From contig CM075977.1 of assembly GCA_038087875.1 (NCBI GenBank), forward strand, positions 300,018,001 to 300,082,000: DNA of 64,000 nt, written 5' to 3'. Numbering within the stretch: the first letter of the stretch is position 1; each line of letters begins with the position of its first letter. The stretch is from Malacoraja senta. Lineage: Eukaryota. A program made the position numbers and the translations under genes. Of the stretch, positions 23,699-36,049 are shown piece after piece. The notes under the pieces were generated by a model, which was given only the letters and a program-made list of their open reading frames with translations, ran no database searches and was not told where the DNA came from.

Positions 23699-26600
23699 CA
23701 TTGGTGAGCCCACATTTGGAGTATTATGTTCCATTTTGGTCATCCTGCAATAGCAAAAATGTTGCTAAGCTAGAGAGAGTGCAGAAAAAAATTGAAAGGA
23801 TGTTGCCAGGACTTGAGGGCCAGAGGAATAAAATGAGATTGGGCAGGTTAGAACTTTATTCCTTGGAGTGCAGGAGACGGAGGAGTGATTTTATAGAGGT
23901 GTATAAGATTATGAGAGGAATAGATAGAGTGAATGCACAGAGTTTTTTACCCAGAGTAGGGGAATCAAGAACTAGAGGACATATGTTTAAGGAGAGAGGC
24001 CCCGTACTCCAAGTGTGGTCTCACCAATGCATACAGCTACATTATAATGTCCCCACTTTTGTACTCAATACCCTTCCCAATGAAGTCAAACGTACCAAAC
24101 GCCTTCCTCACCACACTGTCCACCTGACTCATCATGGGGACGATCAGCCATGATCACAATGAATGGCGGTGCTGGCTCGAAGGGCCAAATGGCCTCCTCC
24201 TGCACCTATTTTCTATGTTTCTATCACCTTCAGAGACCATGCACCTGCACTCCAAGATCTCTCTGTTTTGCAACATTCATAAGGGCTCTAAATTCTGCTC
24301 TGATTTGATACACCATAGTGTAACATCTCACACTTATCAGAGTTAAATTCCATTTGACATTCCTTGGCTCACCTTCCCGACTGATCTAGATCCTGTTATG
24401 AACTTAAATATCCTTTCTCACTGTCCACTATTACCACCAATTTTGGTGGCATCTGCAAATTTTTTAACATTAAAGGCCTTGCTAAAGTCCATTCTAACAA
24501 TGTCCATTGCCCTGCCCTCATCAATCCACTGGCTGGCCTTCAAAAATCTCTTATCAGATTTGTGACCCACAATTCTCTCGCACAAAAGCATGCTGACTAT
24601 CTCTAATCAGTCCGTATCAATCCATATGGTGGTAGATTCTAAGAATCCCCTCCACCAACATTTGCTCCACAAATGTCAGGCTCACCAGCCTGTAGTTCCC
24701 TGCACTTCTTACATAACAATACAGCATTCCAGTCTTCTGGAACTTCACCTGTGGCTACAGGTGCTGAAAGTACCTCTGCAATATCCTCCCAGCTTCCAAG
24801 AAGGTCTAAGGATGCACTTGGTCAGGCACTGAGATTTATCGACAATGCACTTTAAAATTGCCAATAACTCCTCTTTGGTAGTTCGTATATGATCCAAGAC
24901 ATCTCAACTCCAATGCCTCATCTTGCTCTGATATGACTTAAAGAAATACCTGTTAATCAAGATGCCTTTAGTTTTGCATTTGTTCCTATATTAGTACTTG
25001 AGTAGAGAGTAAATGTTATAAAAATATTGGGAAATACCTTTTGTACTAAGCTTATCCTTTTCCTCAGTGCTGCACAGAAAGTCACAGAATGGCAACTCTA
25101 CAGGAACAGCCTCCACATCCACTGATTCCATTGTATTTCCTCGATACATCCAAAATGATTAATTTCACATTTGAAAGTTTTTACTGTTTTTTCCTTCAAA
25201 CCATGTTTAAATGTTGACTTCCCATATATGTCAATGACTAAACATTTCTGCAGAAGCATACCATTATGATTGAATGTGGCATAACAGCAAACATGGTAGT
25301 GTGGTCTGTGTAGTTAAAGACTCATAAAAACATGCAGCATCAGAATGTTGAAGATCAAACAACTCCAGGTGCTGAAAATCTGATATAAAGGCCAAAAAAA
25401 GGCCATATGTTAACAGAGGGAATCCTGAAATGTCAACTGTGTTTATTTTCCACAGATGCTGCCTGAGCTGCGGAGTGTTTTTAGCATTTTCTCGTTTTAT
25501 TTTAGGTTCAGAACGATTTATGTTTATTCACAAAATGTCTATACTCGTCATTATCTCTAGAGCAATGGAAATAACGATTTGGGGGGAAAGGGTTTTTAAA
25601 AGTGTGCACTGTTAGTAACAGATAGAGGGCACAAGGAACTGCAGATGCTGGAATCTTGCATAGAACACAAAGTGCTGGAGTAACTCAGTGGGTCAGGCAG
25701 CATCTTTGGAGTACATAGATCAGCATCGTTTTGGGTCAGGAGCCTTCTTCAGAACCGAAACGTCAGCTATCCGTGTCCTCCAGAGATGCTGCCTAACCTA
25801 CTGAGTTGCTCCAGCACTTTTTCTACATCCTAATCTACTTAAAGCCTTTGAATAAATAATGATACCCTAGAAATTGATACCTGAGAATTCAATGTGAATT
25901 ATGGCATTGGAGCAGATCTTTTCACACCAATATCTGGTATTGGTAAACTGATCCAATCTTCTTGATCTTCATTTAAACTGATGATGAATGATTATCTGCA
26001 AAATAGCAACTTTATTATGTTTATATGCAATATGCAATTAATATCAATGTGATATTCCTTCAGCTTTATTGTATGGCACAACATAGTCTAATCAGAGGTG
26101 TCCACACCAAGGCAAATATATAACAAATTCTGAAGAAGGGTCTTGACCCGAAACGTGACCCATTCCTTCTCTCCAGAGATGCTGCCTGCCCCGCTGAGTT
26201 ACTCCAGCTTATTGTGTCTATCTTCGGTTTAAACCAGCATCTGCAGTTCCTTCTTATACATATAACAAATTGCCTTGGCTTAGATGGAAGAATGCTTGGT
26301 ATCACAATAAAAATATTTTGCTACTGAAAATCTATACCCACAATATTAATTGTACAATGCTCTCCATGATTAAATCATTGTAATTAAACATGGTTTGGAT
26401 TTAAAAATGTGTGCTTATATTTATTTAAATATTGTAAATATGTGTCAGTTAAATTTGAAGTAGATTATTCTCTCCAAAAGATTCCTCATACTACCATAAA
26501 GCAGATTGGTCCATAAATGCCAGGTTAAATCCATGCATCGTCTAAAGAAGGGTCTTGACCCAAAACGTCACCCATTCCTTCTCTCCAGAGATGCTGCCTG

Positions 26601-26748
26601 TCCCGCTGAGTTACTACAGCATTTTGTGTCTACCTTCGATTTAAACCAGCATCTGCAGTTCTTTCCGACACAACGTCTTTTACATTGGATAGAATGCATT
26701 TGCCTCCAGAATGCAATTTTTTTTTAAATGACTTTTATTTAGTTGCAG

Positions 26749-26858
26749 AGACTGAACCAGCTCCAAATAGTGCACTGGCAGAATATCTAAATGAAAGGAA
26801 GAAATATGAAGAAATACGCAGACAAAAGCCAAAGAAAGGACCAACCCGTGAAGAGCAG
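26749..26858 (+). CDS. CWC27: CWC27 internal coding exon (..ETEPAPNSALAEYLNERKKYEEIRRQKPKKGPTREEQ), phase 1 to phase 0
   Basis: Pyrimidine tract and ttgcAG acceptor at 26747-26748 (alternative in-frame tAG at 26741-26742), CAG|GTAATG donor at 26859. The peptide matches my recollection of vertebrate CWC27 (EEAPPDGAVAEYRREKQKYEALRKQQSKKGTSREDQ) and joins in frame to the next exon. Confidence 0.93.
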
Positions 26859-26914
26859 GTAATGGATCTTCGTCAAAGATTTTGATTCAGCATGTTTTTA
26901 ACAATGCTGTTAAG

Positions 26915-27475
26915 GAAACAGGTCGGAGGGGAACTTCACACAGAGGGCGGTGGGTACATGGAATGAGCTTCCAGAGGTGGTAGTTGATGGGCCTGTCCCA
27001 CTTACGCGACTTTTTCGGTGACTGCCCGCACCCGTCATAGGTCGTTACAGGTCGCCGAAAATGTTCAACATGTTGAAAATCCAGCGGCGACCAGAACAAG
27101 GTACGACTCTCTGGGCGACCACTCACGACCATACAGGCTTCACCCCGCGACATGTCGCCAGGGTGTCGCCTGTATGGTCGTGAGTAGTCTCCTCAGTCGC
27201 CCAAAGAGTCGTAGCGTCTTTCTGGTCGCCGCTGAATTTTCAACGTTGAAAATTTTCGCCGACCTGCAACGACCTATGACGGGTGCCAGCAGTTGCCGAA
27301 AAAGTCGCGTAAGTGGGACAGGCCCATGAGGCAGATATTATAACAACATTTAAAATACATTTGGACAGGTGCATGGATAGAAAAGGTTTAGAGGTGTATG
27401 GGCCAAATGTGGGCAGGTGAAACTAGTGTAGATGGGACATTTTGGTCGGCAGGGGCAGGTTGGGCCGAATGGTAC
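26915..27475 (+). mobile_element. CR1 3' end just downstream of the CWC27 exon, interrupted by a MITE
   Basis: cacacagagggcggtgggtacatggaatgagcttccagaggtggtagttga | ggcagat..ttggacaggtgcatggatag.. Confidence 0.8.
26988..27326. mobile_element. PIF/Harbinger MITE, near-complete palindrome, TGA TSD
   Basis: TGA at 26985-26987 and 27327-27329; TGGGCCTGTCCCACTTACGCGACTTTTTCGG / CCGAAAAAGTCGCGTAAGTGGGACAGGCCCA; the arms pair through to the centre near 27150-27165. Confidence 0.92.
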
Positions 27476-27511
27476 ACTCTCAACATTTTTATGATAAAAA
27501 TGAATATAAAG

Positions 27512-27925
27512 ATAGTTCTGCTATAACATCATAGTTGCATTTCTGAGAAACCTTGTGCTATGGAAAATCATGTTATAAAGATAATTATGTCAATGGGGAT
27601 AGGCAGTTTGGAGCGAGAGGGTTTAATAGAAATGATTGCCTGTCAATTTCAGTGGCCATCCTTGGTTAAAGTAGAAGCTGTGTTCTTAAGAGACAATAAT
27701 GTCTGATTACTGTGGAGACTGGAAGCATAAAAATATATTTTTTAATCCCTGTACTGTTTAAATCCAAGGCCAGTTTATTTTTTGCATGTCAATTTCCAAA
27801 GTAACTTTTAAGTGGTTCTCTGGTTGCTGCCTGAAATTGCATTATAACCAGTTTGGCCTGCGTAATGCAAATAATGTTCTCCAATTCATCACTCACGTTA
27901 CATCCGATTCGTATTATGGAAACGT
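27512..27925. repeat. Second copy of the old repeat at 1-540 (direct orientation)
   Basis: Shared blocks such as gcatgtcaatttccaaagtaacttttaagt and gttc..caattcatca.tca.gt. Confidence 0.6.
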
Positions 27926-28309
27926 AAGTTATTGCCCATTCCTGGAAAAACAATCACACACTACAAATTATTTTAACAGACTTCAAGATCATATAAAGGT
28001 GTAATGTTTTGAATACATTTATCACTATCAACTGATGGTATTTCCTCCAACATTTGGGCCATAACTTAGTCCCAGTACAAAATTACCAACTGATCTTTTG
28101 GGGAAAATTAAATTTGGCATTCACATTCTTCAACCTGCACTTAATCAGAAGAATAGTTCACATCTCAACTAATTCTGCCATATTTTTGATCACTCTTTTA
28201 ATCTTTGACTTGACATGTCAGCTTGTACTGGCTCCTCATTTCATGCTCTGCGAATCAAACAGAACACTTGGTACAGTTTTTCTTGTGCAAATAGATTGCT
28301 TTCAATCAT

Positions 28310-29170
28310 TTTATAGAGTCATAGAGTGATTCAGTGTGGAAACAGGCCCTTCAGCCCAAGTCGCCCACACCAGCCAACAATATCCCACCTACACTAGTTC
28401 CACTTGCCTGCGCTTGGTCCATATCCCTCCAAACCTGTCCTATCCATGTACCTGTTTCTTAAACGGTGGAGTAGTCCCGGCCTCAACTACCTCCTCTGGC
28501 AGCTTGTTCCACGCACCCACCACCCTTTGTGCGAAAAAGTTATCTCTCGGATTCCAATTAAATATTTTCCCCTTCACCTTGAACCTGTGTATGAATCTGG
28601 TCCTCGATTTCCCTACTCTGGGCAAAAGACTCTGTGCATCTACTCGATCTATTCCTCTCATGATTTCCTCTATAAGATCTCCCCTCATCCTCCTGTGCTC
28701 CATGGAATAGAGACCCAGCCTACTTAACCTCTCCCTATAGTTCACACACTCTAGTCCTGGCAACATCCTTGGAAATCTTTTCTGAACTCTTGCAAGCTTG
28801 ACAATATCTTTCCTATAACATGGTGCTCAGAACTGAACACAATATTCTAAATGCAGTCTCACCAACATCTTATACAACTGCAACATGACATCCCGACTTC
28901 AAAGTGCCAAAAGCCTTTTTGACCACCTTATCTACCTGCGACTTGACCTTCAAGGAACCATGCACCTGTACTCCTAGATCCCTCTGCTCTACAACACTAA
29001 CCATAGACCTACCATTTACTGTATTGGTCCTGGCCTTGTTCGACATCCCAAGATGCAACACCTCACACATTTCTGTATCAACCATTCGTCCGCCCACCTG
29101 GCCAATCGATAAAGATCCTGCTGCAATCTTTCACAACCATCTTCACTATCTGCAAAACCTCTAATTTTGT
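28310..29170 (-). mobile_element. CR1 LINE 3' portion
   Basis: Minus ORFs 28440-28766 and 28870-29097 (CEVLHLG, QRDLGVQV, FFAQRVVGAWNKLP); (atagagtc)n tail. Confidence 0.9.
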
Positions 29171-29732
29171 GCTCTGATGCCCATGAAATTAAATTCCTTC
29201 GGTTATCAGAACCTGATATTATCAGTTATCAAATTGCACCACGTAATGGGAGTCAGCTGTAACAGGATGCTGTCCCTGTGTTCAATGTGACAGGTGACAA
29301 TATGATCGCTTGACTGAGGAACTGCAGCAACAATAAAAAAAAATTTCAAGACAATCATATCAATAAGCTGTAAATATCAGCTCTTCAATTCTTGCTGTGC
29401 AAATGGAAAAAAACTACTCCCGTTTTTTTTTCCCAGGAATTTTTATTTTTTTTCAGTCATTTGGGACTTGGGCTGCTGTCAGATTGTTAAGAATGGAATA
29501 AAGTGAGAGCAATTAATAAAACAACCATTGCAGGAAGATAGCGTCAACTTTCCCATACGTTAGAGAGATGTTGAGGATGATGAAGAATTATGTGCTAAAT
29601 CTATCACACGTGCCCACTTTAATGATATGGAGTATTATTACCAAAGACTTAATACCCCACATTTCTTATCCCTTCACTACTAGCTCTGCAATATTATGGA
29701 GGAAGCAAAAATAAAACAGGAAAATAAACATA

Positions 29733-30437
29733 GGGTAGATAAAGAATGCTCGAGAATTTATGGAGCGAAGGAAATAGGCAACGTTTCGGGTCGAAACCCT
29801 TCTTCAGACTGATGTGAGGGATGGGGGGGGGGGGCGGGAGGAAGAAAGGAAGAGGTGGAGCCAGAGGGCTGAGAGAGAGCTGAGAAGGGGAGGAGAAAGT
29901 AAGGACTACCTGAAATTAGAGAAGTCAATGTTCATACCGCTGGGGTGCAAACTGCCCAAGCGAAATATGAGGTGCTGCTCCACCAATTTACGGTGGTCCT
30001 CACTCTGGCCATGGAGGAGGCCCAGGACAGAAAGGTCGGATTCGGAATGGGAGGGGGAGTTGCTGAGCCACCGGGAGATCAGGTTGGTTATTGCGAACTA
30101 ACCTTCTGAACCTGTATGAACATTGACTTCTCTAAGTTTGCACCCCAGCGGTATGAACATTGACTTCTCTAAGTTTGCACCCCAGCGGTATGAACATTGA
30201 CTTCTCTAATTTCAGGTAGTCCTTTCATTCTCCCCTTCTCAGCTTTCCCTCAGCCCTCTGGCTCCACCTCTTCCTTTCTTCCTCACGCCCCCCCACCCTC
30301 ACATCAGTCTGAAGAAGGGTTTCGACCTGAAACATTGCCTATTTCCTTCACTCCATAGATGCTGCCTCACCCACTGAGTTTCTCCAGCATTTTTGTCTAC
30401 CTTCGATTTTCCAGCATCTGCAGTTCCTTCTTAAACA
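29733..30437. mobile_element. Penelope-like insertion with two inverted 3' terminal repeats
   Basis: 29733-30098 (minus) is the reverse complement of ~30190-30437 (plus). Each arm carries a CTGAAGAAGGGTTTCGACC.GAAAC motif; a 37-bp tandem repeat lies at the junction. Confidence 0.85.
29777..29811 (-). ncRNA. Minimal hammerhead ribozyme motif (UUCG-capped helix II)
   Basis: Minus strand CAGT-CTGAAGA-A-GGGT-TTCG-ACCC-GAAA-CG-TT-GCC. Confidence 0.65.
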
Positions 30438-30537
30438 AATAAACATAGGGCCTGTTTTGGAAAACAATCCTGTGAATTTCTTCTCTAGTTAATGGACAGT
30501 GAAATACTAATTCAAGAGACCTTATTGACCATACTTA

Positions 30538-32223
30538 CAGTGCCCTCCATAATGTTTGGGACATTTATTTATTTTCCTCTGTACACCACATAAGCATATA
30601 AAAGGCATGCTCAATTGGGTTCAGATCAGGTGATTGACCTGGCCACTCAAGAATTGACAATTTATTTGCTTTGAAAAACTCCTTTGTTGCTTTAGCAGTA
30701 CGTTTGGGATCATTGTCTTGCTGTAGAATGAACCACCGGCCAATGAGTTTTGATGCATTTGTGTGAACTTGAGCAGATAGGATGTGTCTATACACTTCAG
30801 AATTCATTATGCTACTACTATCAGCAGTTGTATCATCAATGAAGATAAGTGAGACAGTACCTTCAGCAGCCATACATGCCAGGCCATAACATCCCCACGA
30901 CCGTGTTTCACAGATGAGGTGGTATGCTTTGGATCTTGGGCCGTTCCTTCTCTCGTCCATACTTTGTTCTTGCCATCACTCTGATATGTTAACCTTCGTC
31001 TCATCTGTCCACAAACCCTTTTTCCAGAAATATGGTTGCTCTTTTAAGTACTTCTTGGCGAACTGTAACCTGGCCATCCTATTTTTGCGGCTAACCAGTG
31101 GTTTGCATCTTGCATTGTAACCTCTGTATTTCTGTTCATGAAGTCTTCTGTGGACATTGGTCATTGACAAATCCACACCTGACTCCTGAAGAGTTATTCT
31201 GATCTGTTGGACAGGTGTTTGGGGATTTTTCTTTATTATAAAGTGAATTCTTCTGTCATCAGCTGTGGAGATCTTCCTTGGCCTGCCAGTCCCTTTGTGA
31301 TTAATAAGCTCACCAGTGCTCTCTTTCTTCTTAATGATGTTCCAAACAGTTCTTTTTGGGAACCCTAAGGTATGGCTGATGTCTCTAACAGTTTTATTCT
31401 TGTTTCTCAGTCTCATAATGGCTTCATTGACTTTCATTGAGTTTAGAAGGATGAGGGGGATATCTTATAGAAACATATAAAATTATAAAAGGACTGGACA
31501 AGCTAGAAGCAGATAAAAGGTTCCCAATGTTGAGCGAGTCCAGAACCAGGGGCCTCAGTCTTAGAATAAAGGGGAAGCCATTTAAGACTGAGGTGAGAAA
31601 AAACGTTTTCATCCAGAGAGTTGTGAATTTGTGGAATTCCCTGCCACAGAGGGCAGTGGAGGGCAAGTCACTGGATGGATTTAAGAGAGAGTTAGATAGA
31701 GCTCTAGGGGCTAGTGGAATCAAGGGATATGGGGAGAGGCAGGCACGGGTTATTGATTGGGGACGATCAGCCATGATCACAATGAATGGCGGTGCTGGCT
31801 TAAGGGCCGAATGGCCTCCTCCTGCAGCTATTTTCTATGTTTCTATGTAACTTTGGTCCTCATGTTGATAAACAGCAATAACAGTTTCCAAAGGTGGTGG
31901 AAAGAGTGGAGGAAAGACTAAGTGCTGAGAGCTCTCTTATACCTGCATTAAGGAGGCATTTAAACACCCTGAACAATTACAAACATATGTGAAGCCATGT
32001 GTCCCAAACATTATGGTGCCCTGAAATGGGGGGACTGTGTATAAACACAACTGTAATTTCTACATGGTGAAACCAACATGGATAAAAATGGCCTTTAAAT
32101 AAAATCTGTCAATGTGCACTTTAACCACGTGCAATGTTTTTCTATTACAAATCTCAAATTGTAGAGTACAGAGGCAAATAAATTAATGATGGCTCTTTGT
32201 TCCAAACATTATGGAGGACACTA
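30538..32223 (-). mobile_element. Tc1-family transposon with an internal deletion and a nested CR1
   Basis: TA|CAGTGCCCTCCATAATGTTTGGGACA ... TTCCAAACATTATGGAGGACACT. Minus ORFs 30976-31437 (TGRPRK, WTDETK) and 30565-30960 (QQDNDPK, WPGQSPDLNPIEH). Reverse complement of 12250-13752. Confidence 0.92.
31439..31848 (+). mobile_element. CR1 3' end inserted in the Tc1 transposase 5' region
   Basis: ORF 31527-31850 SRTRGLSLRIKG..QRVVNLWNSLP; ctatgtttctatgt tail. The Tc1 sequence resumes at 31849. Confidence 0.9.
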
Positions 32224-32476
32224 TGTCAAATTGTAAATTACTTGTAATTTTAATGCAATCTCTGTCCTAGTCAATAAGTTATCCAGTTCTCTTTTGACAG
32301 AATACAGTGAATCAGTATAAATCACATGAGCCAAAGTGTTGTCATCTTTCAAAGAAAAGAACACACCAAATATGTGGTATAATTTTGCTCTCGTAGTTTA
32401 TGCAACTCTTGCTGAAATGTAACAACTAGATGCTTCATTCACCTACCAAATTGCAATTCTTGTAGGTACACAATAG

Positions 32477-34247
32477 CATGTGCGGACGTGGCGTCGAAGG
32501 ACGAGAAGCCGAAGCAAAGAAGTGGAAGCCAAATAACCGAATGGAAACAAAGCCGAAACACCAAATAACCGAAAGCGTACGAAGCCGAAACGGCAAATAA
32601 CCGAAAGGGTGGGACGCCTAAAAGCAAACTAACCGAAAGGGCGGGACGCCTAAAAGCCAACTAACCAAAAGGCTGTGTCGCCTAAAAGCAAACTCACCGA
32701 ATGGCCGCTCTGCTGAAACGCCACCTACCCAATAGGCTGCGTTGCCTACAAGCCAACGAACCGAATGCCGCTCAACTGAAAAGTCAAATAACGGACATGA
32801 CGTTGCCGGGGGGCGGGACTTGTCAGCGATTGGTCCAGACCCCTGCGTCCATCACATCACTGGCTGGTGGAGACGGGAGGGTGGGGGTCATATTCCCACA
32901 CAAGCCGTAGGTGACTGGGCAATCTGAATCCAAGCACCAAGTTGTAAGCGGCCGAAGGTGTGCATCCCTCTGGACAGCCCCCACTCTCCCACAGCCACGG
33001 CCGCCTTCCGCCTCGTCTCCCCTGCACTGTGACGGTCTGTGGGTCGGGTGGAGCGGAGGTGTGGGACAGGCTGGTCCCTCCGCCCACCCAGAGTCACTGG
33101 CCGTGATGCATCGTCATCGGACCCTAACCCCCACCCAGGGTGATTTCCCCTCCGACCCCCGGACCCTGACACCCACACCGGGTGATTCACCCTCACCCCG
33201 GCCGTGGGGACAGACGGCTCCAGGCATAGTAAATCGCTTTTAAAACATGGGGACACACACACATTCCCTGGCGGGCCGATGACAAGACTGAGTCTGAAAA
33301 GTCTCGACCCAAAACGCCACCCATTCTTTCTCTCCAGAGATGCTGCCTGTCCCAGTGAGTCACTCCAGCATTTTGTGTCTATCTTTGGTCACACCAGGAA
33401 GAGACGCTTTACATGCCACTTGCATCTATTCACCCAAGTGTGCTCTTAATGAAATCTCACATCTTTGCGAGGGAGGGATGGAATGAATGTGACCACTGGC
33501 TAAAGCAAAGGCAGAGTTAGGACAGGGAAATAATCCTACCACTTAATAAACCAGGTTCCCGAATGTAAGAACTATTTAAACATGTAACATTTTTGTTTTT
33601 AAATCAATGTAACTCTTTTTTGATTTTTAATGCCAAGTTAAAACCCCGTCCTGTTGGAAGGGCTTGCGGCAGCTGGTTTCATAGTGCCTTCATTGTTGAT
33701 AGGTGCTGTCCTTTCACATGGACCGGTCAGTGCCAGTTTTCTCAACTTCCATAAGTGTAGTCAGAAGTGAATCCGCTCTATGATCTTTGACAGATTTAAA
33801 AACAAAACTGTTGTCGTGAGGGATGCGCACCTTCGGCCGCTTACAACTTGGTGCTCGGGTTCAGAGTACCCAGTCACCTATGGCTTGTGTGAGAAAATGA
33901 CCCCCACCCTCCCGTCTCCACCGGCCAGTGATGTGATGGACGCGGGGGTCTGGACCAATCGCTGACAAGTCCCGCCCCCCGGCAACGTCATGTCCGTTAT
34001 TTGACTTTTCTGTTGAGCAGCATTTGGTTCGTTGGCTTGTAGGCGACGCAGCCTTTCGGGTAGGTGGCTTTTAGGCGTCCCGCCCTTTTGGTTAGTTTGT
34101 TTTTAGGCGTCCCACCCTTTCGGTTAGTTGGCATTTCGGCTTCGTACGCTTTCGGTTATTTGCCGTTTCGGCTTTGTTTCTATTCGGTTATTTGGTTTCC
34201 ACTTCTTTTCTTCGGCTTCTCGTCCTTTGACGTCACGTCCGGGTACC
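32477..34247. mobile_element. Mutator/Foldback-like non-autonomous element with ~430-490 bp TIRs and 9-bp TSD
   Basis: ACACAATAG at 32468-32476 and 34248-34256; 32483-32970 is the reverse complement of 33818-34242; the arms are built from repeated (A/G)CCGAA modules. Confidence 0.85.
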
Positions 34248-34614
34248 ACACAATAGAGTCTTTGCATTATTTTGTTGATTTACGATGTTGGACTAAAATA
34301 TATTTTTTTAATTTCTATCTAAATACTTACGGTTCTTCTAGATGCAAATTATTCTTCCGGCAATCATTTTAATGTTTTATTTTACCAACTGAGCTGTCAA
34401 TGCTGTATTTGAGTTTCAAACTAAGTTTTAAAAAATGATTATGAAACCATCTTAAGAAATACCTTATCAAATAAACTTTCATCCTTTTATGATCAGTGGT
34501 GACAATTTTTACTGAAGAGAAAGAGACTGGGCTAGACCTTCGTAGCAACCAAAATTGTAGCTTTCAGTAGTCTCAATGCCAATAGCTGCTAATGAAAATC
34601 CCCTTATTTTGTAG

Positions 34615-35280
34615 CATCATGCAGGACAGATTCAAGCCCTTTCGTCCACAGTATTCATGCCAATCATCAATTAATCATCTATTCTAATCCCATTGACCTG
34701 CACTTGATCTGTCACTGACCATGCCTTGACCTTTCAAGCGTTCATGCAGATACTGCTTAAATCTTATAACATCACTCAGCTCCACATCTTCTTGGGTAGG
34801 ATATTCCAAATTACAACTATTCTCTGGGTAAAAAAGCTTTTCCTCAGATCACGTTTAACATTTTGCTCCTCACCTCAAACATATGCTGTCTCATTTTAGA
34901 TATGTCTTATGAGGGAAATATTCTTCCTATCCACCCTTTCTGTCCCTTCATTTTGCACATCCCTTTCTGGATCCCTTTCTACCTCCTCTGCACTAAGAAA
35001 AAAAACTAAACCTATCCATTCTCTCCTTTTAACTGAAATGTTCCATCCGTGGCAAGATCCGAGTGAATTGCTGTTGCACCCACTCCAATGCAATCACATC
35101 CTTCCTCCAGCTTGACCAAACCAATGTTTTACAAAGTTGTATCTTAACCTCCATGCTCTTGTAGTCCATGATTTAGGGATCTATGGACATACACCAAACT
35201 CTTTTGATTCCTCAATACTCTCTTGGACCCCAACCATTCATGGTGCATTTCCTACCAATATTAATCTTCCCAAAATGACA
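34615..35280 (-). mobile_element. Degenerate CR1 3' portion
   Basis: Reverse complement of CR1 3' UTR/ORF2 end, highly diverged. Confidence 0.6.
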
Positions 35281-36049
35281 AGACATTCTATACAATGTAT
35301 TGGAAATTGATGCTCCATTTGCTGAAGGTTTTACTCTTTCAGCCAAATGGGAGGAGGTCTAAAAGAAGTGGAAGAATGATAGGTATTTCTGGACTAATAA
35401 TTATTTAACCCTTGCTGGAAAAGGAAAAAAAATCATAGATTCCCTTACCTTTACCCAAAGGATTTCTAAACCATGTACTAGTAGATTCTGCTACTGTTGT
35501 TCAAGTAGACATAAGTAAGACATCTTCAGCTAAAGGCTCAGTCCCACCAGATGAGTAATCAAAGTTGTTGGGACACCTCGAACAAATGTTATAGATACAA
35601 GGAATGTGTGTGACATCAGTAATCTCTTACCATAGTCAATGGATAAACATTGCCCTTGGGCACTCAAACTGTTAAGCCAGTTGTTCATATCCCTCCACAG
35701 ATGGTGATTTAGATTCATGTGGACAATATTAGCTTGGTGTTTTGACTTTTGCTTCAGACAACTACACTTGTTCTGGAAGCAGAAATAGAAAGCACCAGGC
35801 AATTGGAGTTTTTATGCCAATTCACATTTATAAACCTCAAACTTTCCCAACATGCATAACGGTGACAGATGAGTTATCTTTCTCGGGAATGTGATATATC
35901 CAGTATATCGTCCAGCCACTGTGATAATTGAGAATTAAAATGTGGCTTAAGTACAAATCTCTCATCTTCTGATATGATGTTCCAAAATGTAATTATCGCT
36001 ATGATATCTCATTGCTAACATCCTGACATCCAGCATCATGAAGTGATTT

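Larger units (their letters stand above)
20550..24000 (+). mobile_element. CR1 LINE fragment interrupted by two insertions (~20755-21285 and 21467-23698)
   Basis: SKFADDTKVGG at 20550, LYKTL | VSPHLEYYVPFW split at 21466/23699, continuing to RTRGHMFK at ~23990. Confidence 0.85.

Noticed and set aside
26685-26885. ORF-track 66-aa ORF (and 37848-38030) as standalone genes
   Set aside because: They are open frames running through the CWC27 exons; the similarity is bounded by canonical splice sites.
30114-30209. Shared 37-bp period with the 4405-4553 array as a common mechanism
   Set aside because: The unit sequences are unrelated and two cases cannot exclude coincidence.
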